Shown here piece after piece: positions 26,857-36,880 of a stretch of 64,000 nt of DNA. The notes beneath the pieces were generated by a model that was given only the letters and a program-made list of their open reading frames with translations, was not told where the DNA came from and made no database searches. Both the position numbers and the translations under genes were made by a program. The first letter of the stretch is position 1, and every line of letters starts with the position of its first letter. Location: positions 77,354 through 141,353 of the forward strand of contig CAZLJX010000006.1 in the NCBI GenBank assembly GCA_964559985.1. Direction: 5' to 3'. The stretch comes from an uncultured Bacteroidales bacterium. GTDB lineage: Bacteria > Bacteroidota > Bacteroidia > Bacteroidales > CAZLJX01.

Positions 26857-28365
26857 ATGAAAATCTTATGGCTTTTACCTGTTGTCGGATTTGGTTTTAT
26901 TTCTAATTTGAATGCACAGAATTACCAACCGGTTGCTGAACAAACGATTTTATGGTATCAGACATCCTATGAAGATTATATTTATGACGATAATTTTGTT
27001 ATACACCCGTTAAGGGTTGATTCGGTGAAACATACCGGTAATGAATCCCAATTCTTTTTTCATCGTGGTCTTGCCCAGTTACCTGATTCAAATTTTTGTT
27101 ATACCATTTCAGGAAGCACCTGGATGGGAGAGAAAATGATCCGTCTGAATGATGGTACCTGCTTGTTTTTTAATGCAGTTAACGATACCATCGTTGTTAA
27201 GCCAAATGCTGTTCCCGGCCAAACCTGGCCTTTTTACTTTCATGAAAATGTGCAATATACAGCACAGGTCGACTCAGTTGGATGGGCATCTTTTATTAGC
27301 CTTTCAGACAGTGTAAAGTACATATCAGTATATAACAACAAAAAAAGAAGTGTTTTTTATATCTGGATCAGTAAATTATACGGATTAATAAAAACAACAA
27401 GTTTTTACGATTTTGGCGTTCAATTTCAAGACGTTAACCCTTATATTACCGGCAGACAATGGGATTTGTGCGGTTTTGAAAATAACACCGTCCATATTGG
27501 CTTCCATAATTTTGGGGCTGCTGAAATATTTGATTTTTCACCCGGTGATGAAATTCATACTCATGTAGCTGATTCAATGCTTGTTTCATCAGTTTATTTG
27601 CTTTGCAAAGATTACCGGCTGGCTAAAAAATACCTGGCACGATATATTTCTCAAAATGGTGATACCCTTTCCTATGAAACTGAACAATGTATTTATTCAA
27701 AGCAAATGGATTTTATAAACGGGCAATATATTATTAACCGACGTCACGATACAATTACAGAAAAGTATATACTTTCAGATTTGAATTATTTGTCACTGTT
27801 GCCGGGGCAGGGCTTTGAAAATGGTGGTAACTATTTTTTTCTTGCCAATTCGGGCTTATCAGAAAAACCCTATAAAAATTTTGCCGGAAATTTTGGTTTT
27901 TATGATGATTGCTGGCACCCGCTTGTTGGTAAGTTAAATAAAACGGATGAGAATACTTTTTACAATTCCCAGCTGAATATCGGCAGATTTTTTATCGGAT
28001 TGGGCGGGCCTTATGCATGGCATGGAGCATGTGGATATCAGTTTGACCGGATTGTTTATTATAAAAAAACAGGAGAAGAAATTGGAATTCCATGGGATTG
28101 CGAGCAATTGTTATCGGTTCATTCACAAGGTGAAACGGATGATATTCACATATTTCCAAATCCGCTAAAAGTTTCCGGACCGATGACTATTACCGGTATT
28201 TCTGAAGGGCAACTGGAATTGCTTACGGTAAAAGGCCAAAGTGCCGGCGTTTTTTATATCTCTCATGATACGGAGATAATTTATCCTCATCTGAAAGCTG
28301 GTGTGTATTTTTGCAGAGTAATTTACAAAAGTGGGGTGAAAACAATAAAAGTAATTGTCAATTGA
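26857..28365 (+). CDS. Secreted protein of unknown function with a type IX secretion C-terminal sorting domain
   Basis: Signal peptide MKILWLLPVVGFGFISNLNAQ. The C-terminus IFPNPLKVSGPMTITG ... GVYFCRVIYKSGVKTIKVIVN fits the T9SS CTD pattern. I recognised no catalytic motif in the ~400-aa body. Confidence 0.65.
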   Translation: MKILWLLPVVGFGFISNLNAQNYQPVAEQTILWYQTSYEDYIYDDNFVIHPLRVDSVKHTGNESQFFFHRGLAQLPDSNFCYTISGSTWMGEKMIRLNDGTCLFFNAVNDTIVVKPNAVPGQTWPFYFHENVQYTAQVDSVGWASFISLSDSVKYISVYNNKKRSVFYIWISKLYGLIKTTSFYDFGVQFQDVNPYITGRQWDLCGFENNTVHIGFHNFGAAEIFDFSPGDEIHTHVADSMLVSSVYLLCKDYRLAKKYLARYISQNGDTLSYETEQCIYSKQMDFINGQYIINRRHDTITEKYILSDLNYLSLLPGQGFENGGNYFFLANSGLSEKPYKNFAGNFGFYDDCWHPLVGKLNKTDENTFYNSQLNIGRFFIGLGGPYAWHGACGYQFDRIVYYKKTGEEIGIPWDCEQLLSVHSQGETDDIHIFPNPLKVSGPMTITGISEGQLELLTVKGQSAGVFYISHDTEIIYPHLKAGVYFCRVIYKSGVKTIKVIVN

Positions 28366-28619
28366 CCTGTTTACAAAACCGATCTATCCCTTGTAGACTG
28401 AAAAACTGAGTATAAGAAGATAATTATTCAAAGGGAGTTTAATAAAATGAAACTCCTGAATATGGTAACTTTGATAAAACCATACACCACTCATTTTTTT
28501 TGGAAATCAGGATTTTGAAAATTCCTGTAAGTTTCTACGTGCCGGGTTATCAAAAGGCTTTGTTAAAATCTGTTTTTAAACATACTGGCACGAATTTTCG
28601 GATTTTAAAAAAAAATGTA

Positions 28620-28627
28620 TAGATTTG
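28620..28627 (+). promoter_or_regulatory. Candidate -7 promoter box (TAgaTTTG) for arcC-argF
   Basis: TAGATTTG lies 33 nt upstream of the ATG at 28660. It sits inside the longer ORF-track start (28615), which supports the shorter start. Confidence 0.4.
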
Positions 28628-28659
28628 CTGCTTTACAAAATGAAAATAACTTTAAGTAT

Positions 28660-29616
28660 ATGAATAAATTAGCAGTTATCGCCCTTGGAGGAAATGCCTT
28701 GCTCAGGGGTACACAGGTTGGAACCATTGAAGAACAGGAGCAAAACACCTATGACACACTGAAAAATGTGGTTTATCTTTTAAAAGAAGGATACAATATC
28801 ATTATAACCCATGGCAATGGCCCACAGGTTGGAAATATCCTGATGCGCAACGATGCCGGCGAGCAGATGTACCAGATTGCCCAGATGCCAATTGATATTT
28901 GTGTTGCCGATTCTCAGGGTGGTATTGGTTATATGATTGAACGTATATTGCGTAATGTTTTAATTGAAGAAGGGATTAAACGCAATGTAGTTACCCTTGT
29001 TACACAGGTAGTTGTAGATAAAAATGATCCGGCATTTAAAAACCCGACCAAACGGGTTGGGAAAATTTATACCAAAGAAGATGCCGACAAACTTGCAGCC
29101 GATAAAGGCTGGATTTTTAAGGAAGAAGTGAAGGCCCACGGTGGCTGGCGCAGGGTAGTTCCATCGCCCAAACCGATCGATTTTATGAATGCCGATGCTG
29201 TTGAAACTCTTGCAAGGGCTGGCAATATCGTGATCACTGTTGGTGGAGGTGGCGTTCCGGTTTATATCGACGAAAAAAATCATGTCCGTCCGGCCGAAGC
29301 CGTTATTGACAAAGATCTGGCATCGGCAATGGTTGGCCGTATTGTCAATGCTGATGAGTTTTATATTCTTACTGATGTGTCATTTGTTTACATTAATTAT
29401 AAAAAAGAAAACGAACAGAAACTCGAATTTCTCGACTATGCCGACGCAACCAAATATCTGAATATGGGTATGTTTGGCGAAGGCAGCATGGCTCCGAAAA
29501 TCAAAGCCTGTCTCAATTTTGTTGAAGGAGGGGGTAAAATGGCTGTTATTACCGAGGCAACCCTGCTTCCGGATACGAATTATGGAACAAAAATTACAAT
29601 GAAATATGAAAATTAA
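28660..29616 (+). CDS. arcC: Carbamate kinase
   Basis: [15 protein letters not shown]-terminus, [10 protein letters not shown] and VGGGGVPV motifs of the amino-acid kinase fold. Size from this start is 318 aa. Confidence 0.9.
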   Translation: MNKLAVIALGGNALLRGTQVGTIEEQEQNTYDTLKNVVYLLKEGYNIIITHGNGPQVGNILMRNDAGEQMYQIAQMPIDICVADSQGGIGYMIERILRNVLIEEGIKRNVVTLVTQVVVDKNDPAFKNPTKRVGKIYTKEDADKLAADKGWIFKEEVKAHGGWRRVVPSPKPIDFMNADAVETLARAGNIVITVGGGGVPVYIDEKNHVRPAEAVIDKDLASAMVGRIVNADEFYILTDVSFVYINYKKENEQKLEFLDYADATKYLNMGMFGEGSMAPKIKACLNFVEGGGKMAVITEATLLPDTNYGTKITMKYEN

Positions 29617-29639
29617 CTAATCTAATAATTATTGATATT

Positions 29640-30638
29640 ATGGCATTCAATCTTAAAAACCGCAGTCTGTTGAAGTTGCTCGATTTCACACCTGAAGAAA
29701 TCAGGTTTTTACTTCAATTATCGGTCAACCTGAAAAAAGCCAAATATGCAGGAACCGAAAAACCTTTACTTACCGGTAAAAACATTGCCCTCATTTTTGA
29801 AAAAGACTCAACCCGAACACGTTGTGCTTTCGAAGTTGCTGCATTCGACCAGGGCGCTCATGTTACTTACCTTGGCCCATCTGGATCGCAGATTGGTAAA
29901 AAGGAAACCATGAAAGATACCGCCCGGGTGCTTGGTCGCATGTATGATGCTATCGAATACCGCGGATACGGACAGTCTATTGTTGAAGAACTGGCAAAAT
30001 ATGCCGGTGTGCCAGTATGGAACGGGCTTACCAACGAGTTTCATCCCACACAGATACTGGCCGATTTTCTTACCATGATGGAACATGCCGGTAAACCCCT
30101 CGAAAAAGTTGCTTTTGCATACCTGGGCGATGCCCGGAACAATATGGGAAATTCTTTGATGGTAGGAGCTGCCAAAATGGGTATGGATTTCAGGGCTGTT
30201 GCCCCAAAAGCCTGCTGGCCTGAAGAAAAGCTGGTAGCCCAGTGCCGCAAAATTGCAAAAGAAACCGGTGCAAAAATAACCTTAACCGAAAAGGTTGAAG
30301 AGGGCGTTAAAGGCGTTGATTTTCTTTATACAGATGTATGGGTTTCAATGGGCGAACCTGATTCCGTATGGGCTGAACGCATTAAATTGCTTAAACCTTA
30401 CCAGGTGAACATGAAAGCAGTTAAAATGACCGGAAACCCCAATGTTAAATTTATGCATTGCCTCCCGGCTTTTCATAACCGCGATACAAAAATCGGTGAA
30501 GAAATTTACCAGAAATATCACCTCGATGGAATGGAAGTAACCGATGAAGTTTTTGAATCAAAACATTCGGTTGTTTTTGACGAGGCAGAAAACCGCATGC
30601 ATACCATTAAAGCTATCATGGTGGCTACATTAGCCTGA
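29640..30638 (+). CDS. argF: Ornithine carbamoyltransferase (possibly catabolic)
   Basis: Carbamoyl-phosphate motif STRTRCAFE, plus [12 protein letters not shown] and HCLPAF motifs. It starts 23 nt after arcC. I cannot exclude putrescine carbamoyltransferase by eye. Confidence 0.88.
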   Translation: MAFNLKNRSLLKLLDFTPEEIRFLLQLSVNLKKAKYAGTEKPLLTGKNIALIFEKDSTRTRCAFEVAAFDQGAHVTYLGPSGSQIGKKETMKDTARVLGRMYDAIEYRGYGQSIVEELAKYAGVPVWNGLTNEFHPTQILADFLTMMEHAGKPLEKVAFAYLGDARNNMGNSLMVGAAKMGMDFRAVAPKACWPEEKLVAQCRKIAKETGAKITLTEKVEEGVKGVDFLYTDVWVSMGEPDSVWAERIKLLKPYQVNMKAVKMTGNPNVKFMHCLPAFHNRDTKIGEEIYQKYHLDGMEVTDEVFESKHSVVFDEAENRMHTIKAIMVATLA

Positions 30639-30661
30639 TGGCTGTATTTATTTAAGTTTAT

Positions 30662-30686
30662 GGCTGTCCTTTTTTTCCGGGCAGCC
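30662..30686. terminator. Bidirectional terminator between argF and the convergent kinase gene
   Basis: 8-bp stem ggctgtcc/gggcagcc (one G-U pair) with a 9-nt T-rich loop, followed by a T-run on the plus strand. It begins 4 nt beyond the minus-strand stop at 30690. Confidence 0.6.
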
Positions 30687-30689
30687 TTT

Positions 30690-31886
30690 TTATTTTTTTA
30701 TAGGAATTGGTAAGGAAAACCAGAAAGATGAACCTCCCTGGGCATTTCCGGAAAACCCTATAGCGCCTCCATGACTTTCAACAACCTGTTTTGAAATAAG
30801 CAACCCCAGGCCTGTCCCTTTTTCCCCATCAGTGCCGGGAGTAGTGATTTTTTGCAGAGGGTCGAATAGTTTTTTTTGCAATTCTTCAGAAATACCTGTA
30901 CCCTGGTCGTTGACAAAGGTAAAGACCTGTTTTCCGTCTGATTTTATTCTGATTTCAATTTGACTGCCTCCCGGTGAAAATTTAATTGCATTGCTGATCA
31001 GATTGTTAATTACCTGTTCTATCTTAGATTTGTCGATGTGAAGAAATGGTAAATCATCGGGCAGCTGTAAATCAATAGTGATATCTTTTTTATCGGCAAG
31101 CATCTGGTTAAGCCCGGCAAGATGCTTTATAAAATTGCCATATTGGATTTTCTTCCTGTTCAGTTTAACTTTTCCCGATTCAATAAGGCTGAAATCAAGA
31201 AAATCATTGATAACACTCAAGGCAAAATAACCCTGCTGGTGAATATCCCGGAGAATTTTTTTGCGTATCCTGATATTATTAATCCTTTCAGGTTCTTTCA
31301 ATATGCTTGTAAGAGCAATTATCTGGGCAACCGGGCTCCTCAGGTCATGTGCAGCCATCCCCAGAAATTCATTTTTTTTCCGGTTAAGCTGAATCAGCTC
31401 CTTGTTCTGATCCTGAAGTTTAAGTTTATGCTCTTCTTTTTCGGTAATGTCATCCAGAATGATAAGCACCATGTCTTTCTCCTGGAAAGTAATAAACCGC
31501 GTGGTAAATTCAAAATATTTCTGGTATACTTTATTTTTAATGAAAAAGCGTCTTGACATTTTACGCCGTAATACTGGCTGGTGTGTCATAAATGTGGAAA
31601 TAAGCGCCGACCTGAAAATACATCCCGAACAATTTGAGGTGGACCCACAATCTTTATGCTCGTTTATAACATATTCACATCCAAAAACATTACCGCATTT
31701 CTGCCCTATAATCTGGTCTTCTTTTTTTGCAAAAAGGTTCCGGAATGAATCGTTAATGCTTTGTATCTCTGCATTTTCGTTGCTGATAAATACTGCCGAA
31801 ACAATATTGTCAAGTACCAGGTTCAGAAAACTGGTTGATTCTTTCAGGTTTTCAGGCCTAAGTTTCATAATTGATTTTTGATGCAA
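30690..31886 (-). CDS. Soluble PAS sensor histidine kinase with a cysteine-rich PAS insert
   Basis: No TM helix. PAS-like N-terminus, H-box MAAHDLRSPV, N box (LISNAIKFSP) and G boxes (DQGTGI, GTGLGLLISK). Confidence 0.85.
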   Translation of the reverse strand: MHQKSIMKLRPENLKESTSFLNLVLDNIVSAVFISNENAEIQSINDSFRNLFAKKEDQIIGQKCGNVFGCEYVINEHKDCGSTSNCSGCIFRSALISTFMTHQPVLRRKMSRRFFIKNKVYQKYFEFTTRFITFQEKDMVLIILDDITEKEEHKLKLQDQNKELIQLNRKKNEFLGMAAHDLRSPVAQIIALTSILKEPERINNIRIRKKILRDIHQQGYFALSVINDFLDFSLIESGKVKLNRKKIQYGNFIKHLAGLNQMLADKKDITIDLQLPDDLPFLHIDKSKIEQVINNLISNAIKFSPGGSQIEIRIKSDGKQVFTFVNDQGTGISEELQKKLFDPLQKITTPGTDGEKGTGLGLLISKQVVESHGGAIGFSGNAQGGSSFWFSLPIPIKK

Positions 31887-32240
31887 TTTAATATTTTAAA
31901 AAGCTATTATTCCCGATGGCCAAAAAAAATCTGCTTATGGAATAGACTCATACAGGTTAAAAGTATAAATTATTGATTTTTAATTAATAATTTATCTATC
32001 ATTGCAGCGTGTTGGTATAGTCTGGATGTTGAAAAAATGCCTTTTCATATTATTTTGGGTTCTGTTCATAAGCTGGAAATAGTAATACGACTATAATTAT
32101 TCAGGGGATTTATACCTGAAATTAAAGTTGAAAATCTTTTAAACCAATTCTTTTCGATGTATGCAGGAATAATAAGTTTAATCTGTAATTTTTTTTGCAA
32201 TTAAACGGGTATTTTATTTATTTAGAACATTATTATCCGG

Positions 32241-35048
32241 GTGGCGATGGTTTTATCAAGATGGATTGAATGGCTATTGAAATCGGCCGGAAGCCTGAGC
32301 CGGCTTATCCGCATTTCATGGATTGCTATTACTTTGATTACTGTTTTTATTATCAGTATTCTTTGGATAATCCTTCGAATAAATGTATATGTATCTGATT
32401 TATATGAGATTGAATCGAAATATATCAATTTACGTGACGAAAAGCTTGAAGCTGAAGTAACACGGATTATAGATTATATAAATTACGCCATCAGTATAAA
32501 TGACCGTCGTTCAAAAGCCCTTCTGAAATCGAGATGTAATGAAGCCCATGAAGTAATCTCTGATTTGTATGCAGTTTATGGACATCGCATGGGTGAAATG
32601 GATTTCCGTAATCTTGTAAAAACGGTTCTTGGCGGAATAAATTACAACAATGGCCGTTCGTTTTTCTTTATCATCGATGAATCGGGAAATATTATTTTAT
32701 ATCCATCCGAAAAACAGCTTGAAAATACCAATAACAGGAATAATAAATTAATTAAGTCAATTATTGATTTTGCAGTGGCCAATAAGGCGGGTTTTATGAA
32801 TTACCGGCTTCAGGCCTCTGATAATTCGTATGTTGACAAAATTGCTTATGTAAAGGTTTTTAATGAAAAGAAATGGATCATAGCTACCAGTGATTATCAT
32901 GATTCGAACCTTGAAAATCTGCAACGCGAGATTCTTGAGCGAATTTCATTGCTCAGGATAGGCAGCAATCAGCATATTTCAGTGTATTCATTTGATGGGC
33001 TTATTTTATGGGATCCGATAAGCCGTGAACTTGTTGGCTCAAACCAATGGGAAATGACCGATAAAAATGGTGTGAAGGTTATGCAGCAATATAAAAGGGT
33101 TATTGATTCACTACGTTCGGGGATGGTAAGTTTTTTGTGGTATAATAATGAAAAATCAAGAAACATCGGGTATATTTCTTATGTTACTGCCTATGAACCC
33201 TGGAAATGGATGATTGTTGCCAGCCAGCCCCTTGGTGAAGAGGATGCACGCATTTCTAAACTTCGCGGAAGGCTTGTAATCAATTTGTTACTTGAGCTTT
33301 TGCTGCTGATGGGCATTGCTTTGGTCATTATTTTTATCATTATCAGGGCATCAAAAAGTGTGAGCCGGAAAATTTCACAGACCTTTACCGAATTGGATAC
33401 TTTCTTTACCAAGGCAGCAAGACAAAACATTGAGATAGATGAAAGCCGGATTTATTTTGATGAATTTAAAATGCTTGCTGTAACAGCCGGCGAGATGATT
33501 AAGGAACGGCAGAAAATGGAAGATGCTTACCGGACCGAAAAAGCTTATTTTGAACAATTACTTCAGAATTCTCCCGAAGCACTGGTTCTGTGCGACCTTA
33601 CAAGCCATATCCTGTTGGTTAACAAGGAATTTGAAAATCTTTTTGGATACAACCGTGATGAGCTATATGGACGGGTTATTGATACTTTCCTTGCTTCAGG
33701 CAACAAGATTGACGAAGCAATGGGAATTACCCAGAAAATTGCGGTCGGGAACAGTATAAAAATTGAAACTACCCGTATGCATAAATCCGGTGCCATGATA
33801 GATGTATTACTCATTGGCACTCCGGTTTATATTGACGGCATACAGGTCGGAACTTTTGGGTTGTACCGCGATATTTCTGAACAAAAGGCCATTGAACGCA
33901 ATCTAAAAGTTGCACTTGAAAAAGCTGAAGAAGCTTCGAAACTCAAAGATGCGTTTTTATCAAATATGTCGCACGAAATCCGTACCCCGATGAACGCCAT
34001 CCTGGGTTTTTCCAATTTATTGAAATTGCCTAGCCTGTCACCCACTGAAAGAAATGATTATCTGCAGCTTATTGTAAAGAGTGGCCTTTCTCTGATGAGG
34101 CTTATCGACGATATTATGGATTTGTCGAAAATTGAGTCGGGACATCTGATCATGCGATTGTCCAATATTAAAATTGGCAGTTTCCTTGAGGAGATATTCC
34201 AGCAATTCAATGAAGAGAAAGAAAAATCGGCAAAAAGCCAGATTGAAATGAAACTCAATATTGAATCAACCATCAGAAACCTTGTCATTGAATCGGATGA
34301 ATACCGTTTAAAACAGATTCTGTCGAATTTACTGAACAATGCCCTTAAATTTACCGAAAAAGGATTTGTTGAACTGGGGTGTGAACTGGGCATGCAAAAC
34401 CAGATACGTTTTTATGTAAAAGATACAGGAATTGGGTTCGATCCGGCCTACAGGGATATTATTTTTGAACGGTTCAGACAGGCAAACAATTCGCTTACAA
34501 GATTATACGGTGGCACCGGGCTTGGCCTTGCCATAACAAAAAGCCTGGTAGAACTACTGGGCGGGCATATTCATTGTGATTCTGAACCCGGCAAAGGATC
34601 CATATTCATTTTTGAATTGCCTTACCAGGCCCCGGCTTATGCCATTAAGACGGAAGTTGAAACCAGTACCCTGCACCAGGTTAATCTGACAGATAAAATT
34701 ATCATGATTGCCGAAGATACCGACACCAATTTTGTTTATCTCGATTTTCTGCTTAAACAGCTCAATGCTTATGTTATAAGAGCGCGTAACGGTGCAGAAG
34801 CTGTTGAATATGTCAGAAGCGGGAAAAATGTCGATGCCATCCTGATGGATATACAAATGCCGGTTATGAGTGGTTACGAAGCTACCAAGATTTTGAAACA
34901 GATTAAGCCTGAGTTGCCTGTAATTGCACAGACTGCGTTTGCTTTTGACGAGGAAAGGGAATTTTGCATGCAGGCAGGATGTGACGATTATCTCACCAAA
35001 CCCATAACCCAGTATAAACTGATGGTAGCTCTATGCCGGTTTTTCTGA
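32241..35048 (+). CDS. Hybrid sensor histidine kinase / response regulator with a periplasmic double-Cache-like domain
   Basis: Two TM helices flank a ~300-aa extracytoplasmic region with Cache-like strands (FFFIIDESGNIILYP, KWIIATSDY, WKWMIVASQP). These are followed by a PAS domain, H-box SNMSHEIRTPMN, HATPase (GGTGLGLAITK) and a receiver (ILMDIQMPVMSGYE). There is no HPt domain. Confidence 0.9.
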   Translation: MAMVLSRWIEWLLKSAGSLSRLIRISWIAITLITVFIISILWIILRINVYVSDLYEIESKYINLRDEKLEAEVTRIIDYINYAISINDRRSKALLKSRCNEAHEVISDLYAVYGHRMGEMDFRNLVKTVLGGINYNNGRSFFFIIDESGNIILYPSEKQLENTNNRNNKLIKSIIDFAVANKAGFMNYRLQASDNSYVDKIAYVKVFNEKKWIIATSDYHDSNLENLQREILERISLLRIGSNQHISVYSFDGLILWDPISRELVGSNQWEMTDKNGVKVMQQYKRVIDSLRSGMVSFLWYNNEKSRNIGYISYVTAYEPWKWMIVASQPLGEEDARISKLRGRLVINLLLELLLLMGIALVIIFIIIRASKSVSRKISQTFTELDTFFTKAARQNIEIDESRIYFDEFKMLAVTAGEMIKERQKMEDAYRTEKAYFEQLLQNSPEALVLCDLTSHILLVNKEFENLFGYNRDELYGRVIDTFLASGNKIDEAMGITQKIAVGNSIKIETTRMHKSGAMIDVLLIGTPVYIDGIQVGTFGLYRDISEQKAIERNLKVALEKAEEASKLKDAFLSNMSHEIRTPMNAILGFSNLLKLPSLSPTERNDYLQLIVKSGLSLMRLIDDIMDLSKIESGHLIMRLSNIKIGSFLEEIFQQFNEEKEKSAKSQIEMKLNIESTIRNLVIESDEYRLKQILSNLLNNALKFTEKGFVELGCELGMQNQIRFYVKDTGIGFDPAYRDIIFERFRQANNSLTRLYGGTGLGLAITKSLVELLGGHIHCDSEPGKGSIFIFELPYQAPAYAIKTEVETSTLHQVNLTDKIIMIAEDTDTNFVYLDFLLKQLNAYVIRARNGAEAVEYVRSGKNVDAILMDIQMPVMSGYEATKILKQIKPELPVIAQTAFAFDEEREFCMQAGCDDYLTKPITQYKLMVALCRFF

Positions 35049-35075
35049 TTTTTTTTGAATAGACTATTTGGGGCA

Positions 35076-36254
35076 TCAATCAACCTGTAAAACCAACCCT
35101 TTGAGGTATTCACCTTCGGGATGAAAAATGCTCACCGGGTGATCGGGTGGCTGGCCCATCTGATGAAGAATCCTGAAATTGCGCCGGGTATTTGCACAGG
35201 CTACAAAAACGGATTGTCTGAACTGGCTTACCGATACTGCCTGACTGCATGAAAATGTAAATAAATATCCTCCCGGTCTGATTTTCTCAATTGCTTTCTG
35301 GTTGAGCCTTTTATATGCCTGAAGGGCATTGCCGAGCGCAGTGTTATGCTTTGCAAATGCCGGAGGGTCGATGATGATTATATCGAACCCGGAGTGTATT
35401 TCAGACAAAAAATCAAATGCATCGGCACAAACCGGACTATGCCTGTCTTGCTCAACGCTGTTTAGCAGCATATTTTCTGTTGCCATTTCAATGGCTTTTT
35501 GAGAACTGTCAATAGTCCAGACTTCTTGAGCACCTCCCTGAAAAGCATATACCGAAAATCCGCCGGTGTAGCCAAAAACATTGGCTACAGTTTTGCCATC
35601 GCAATAATTTTGAAGTAATGTACGGTTTTCGCGCTGGTCGATAAAAAAGCCGGTTTTTTGGCCGTCAATCCAGTTAATGTTAAAAAGACAACCATTTTCG
35701 GAGACTGTTCTTTTGGTTTCATTTTTCCCATAAAGCAGTTTGTCTTCCGGATTGTATTTTTTATGCAGGGTGTTGGCACTTTTATCGTAAATAAGATCAA
35801 CTTTAAAAAATGGGTTTTTTAAAACAATTTCAGCTATAATATCACGGTGCCGGAACATTCCATAGGAATGAAACTGCAGAATTACTGCGCCATTGTAATA
35901 ATCGGCCACCAAACCGGGTAGTCCGTCGCCTTCGCCGTGAATAAGCCTGAAAACGTTGGTATTGGTGCATTTTCCAAACATTTCATATCGTAAACGTATG
36001 GCTGATTGTATTTTCTGATTGAAAAACTCATAACTGGCTGTTTCCTGGTCAAAACTTAAAATCCGCACTGCAATAGTGGCATGATGAAAATGGCCCATGG
36101 CAAGAAAATTCCTGTCACTTGAGTATACTTCAACAATATCGCCATCTTCGGGGTCTGGTTCAGAATAATGGATAGCACCTGAAAATATCCATGGATGGAA
36201 TCGTTTCACCGAGGCTTCTTTGCCGTGCTTTAAGAAAACTTTTGGATAACTCAT
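35076..36254 (-). CDS. Class I SAM-dependent rRNA methyltransferase (RlmI-like, PUA + MTase)
   Basis: N-terminus KHGKEASVKRFHPWIFSGAI typical of RlmI/YwbD proteins, and a SAM-binding region VFGYTGGFSVYA ... IIIDPPAF. The start at 36254 forms an ATGA overlap with the upstream stop. Confidence 0.8.
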   Translation of the reverse strand: MSYPKVFLKHGKEASVKRFHPWIFSGAIHYSEPDPEDGDIVEVYSSDRNFLAMGHFHHATIAVRILSFDQETASYEFFNQKIQSAIRLRYEMFGKCTNTNVFRLIHGEGDGLPGLVADYYNGAVILQFHSYGMFRHRDIIAEIVLKNPFFKVDLIYDKSANTLHKKYNPEDKLLYGKNETKRTVSENGCLFNINWIDGQKTGFFIDQRENRTLLQNYCDGKTVANVFGYTGGFSVYAFQGGAQEVWTIDSSQKAIEMATENMLLNSVEQDRHSPVCADAFDFLSEIHSGFDIIIIDPPAFAKHNTALGNALQAYKRLNQKAIEKIRPGGYLFTFSCSQAVSVSQFRQSVFVACANTRRNFRILHQMGQPPDHPVSIFHPEGEYLKGLVLQVD

Positions 36255-36880
36255 TTTCCCTGATGATTTGACAGGATAGAATAAATCTGGTAGCAGACCC
36301 ATGCATCGGTAGCTGCATATTTCAGCTGGCTGCCGGAAAGTATATCTGCCTGCCAGTCGCTCAGTTGCTGGCTTTTACTAACCCTAACCTGTAAAACAAT
36401 ACCGCTTATTTTTTTAATGCTGTTTGCCTGTATGCCAAAATCTTTTACATAGGTTTGCAGTTCAACAAAACCATTTGGCATAAAAGGTTTTGTTTTTTGC
36501 AGGAGTTTCAGGTCATCCCGGATAGCAACCCCGGCTTTAATGATGGCAGGGTTTTGTAAAATATCTGTAATTTGACCGGGCAGGCCTAATTTGTTAATAC
36601 GGATAAGAAAAGCCTCATTGTGGCAGGCCAGCTGCAACAATGCAACAGGATTTGATTTGCCTTTGGCAAATGAGGGCTTAGTTTCTGTGTCGAACCCCAG
36701 TATGTTGCATTGGCTGATGCGGGTAACTGCTTCTTTCAGCGATCTGTAATCATCAATCACAGAAATACGTTGATCGAAATGGAATACAGGCAGCTTGTTA
36801 AGCTCATCGCGGGTTATATCGCCGGCATAATTATTCATCGGCTTTATCATCTGCAATCCATGATGAATTGTCGAACTCAT
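36251..36880 (-). CDS. 3'-5' exonuclease (DEDDy, RNase D/WRN-like domain)
   Basis: ExoI motif LGFDTETKP, plus later DLKLL and YAATDAW (ExoIII Y-x3-D) motifs. The true start may be an internal Met (36850 or 36838). Confidence 0.75.
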   Translation of the reverse strand: MSSTIHHGLQMIKPMNNYAGDITRDELNKLPVFHFDQRISVIDDYRSLKEAVTRISQCNILGFDTETKPSFAKGKSNPVALLQLACHNEAFLIRINKLGLPGQITDILQNPAIIKAGVAIRDDLKLLQKTKPFMPNGFVELQTYVKDFGIQANSIKKISGIVLQVRVSKSQQLSDWQADILSGSQLKYAATDAWVCYQIYSILSNHQGK

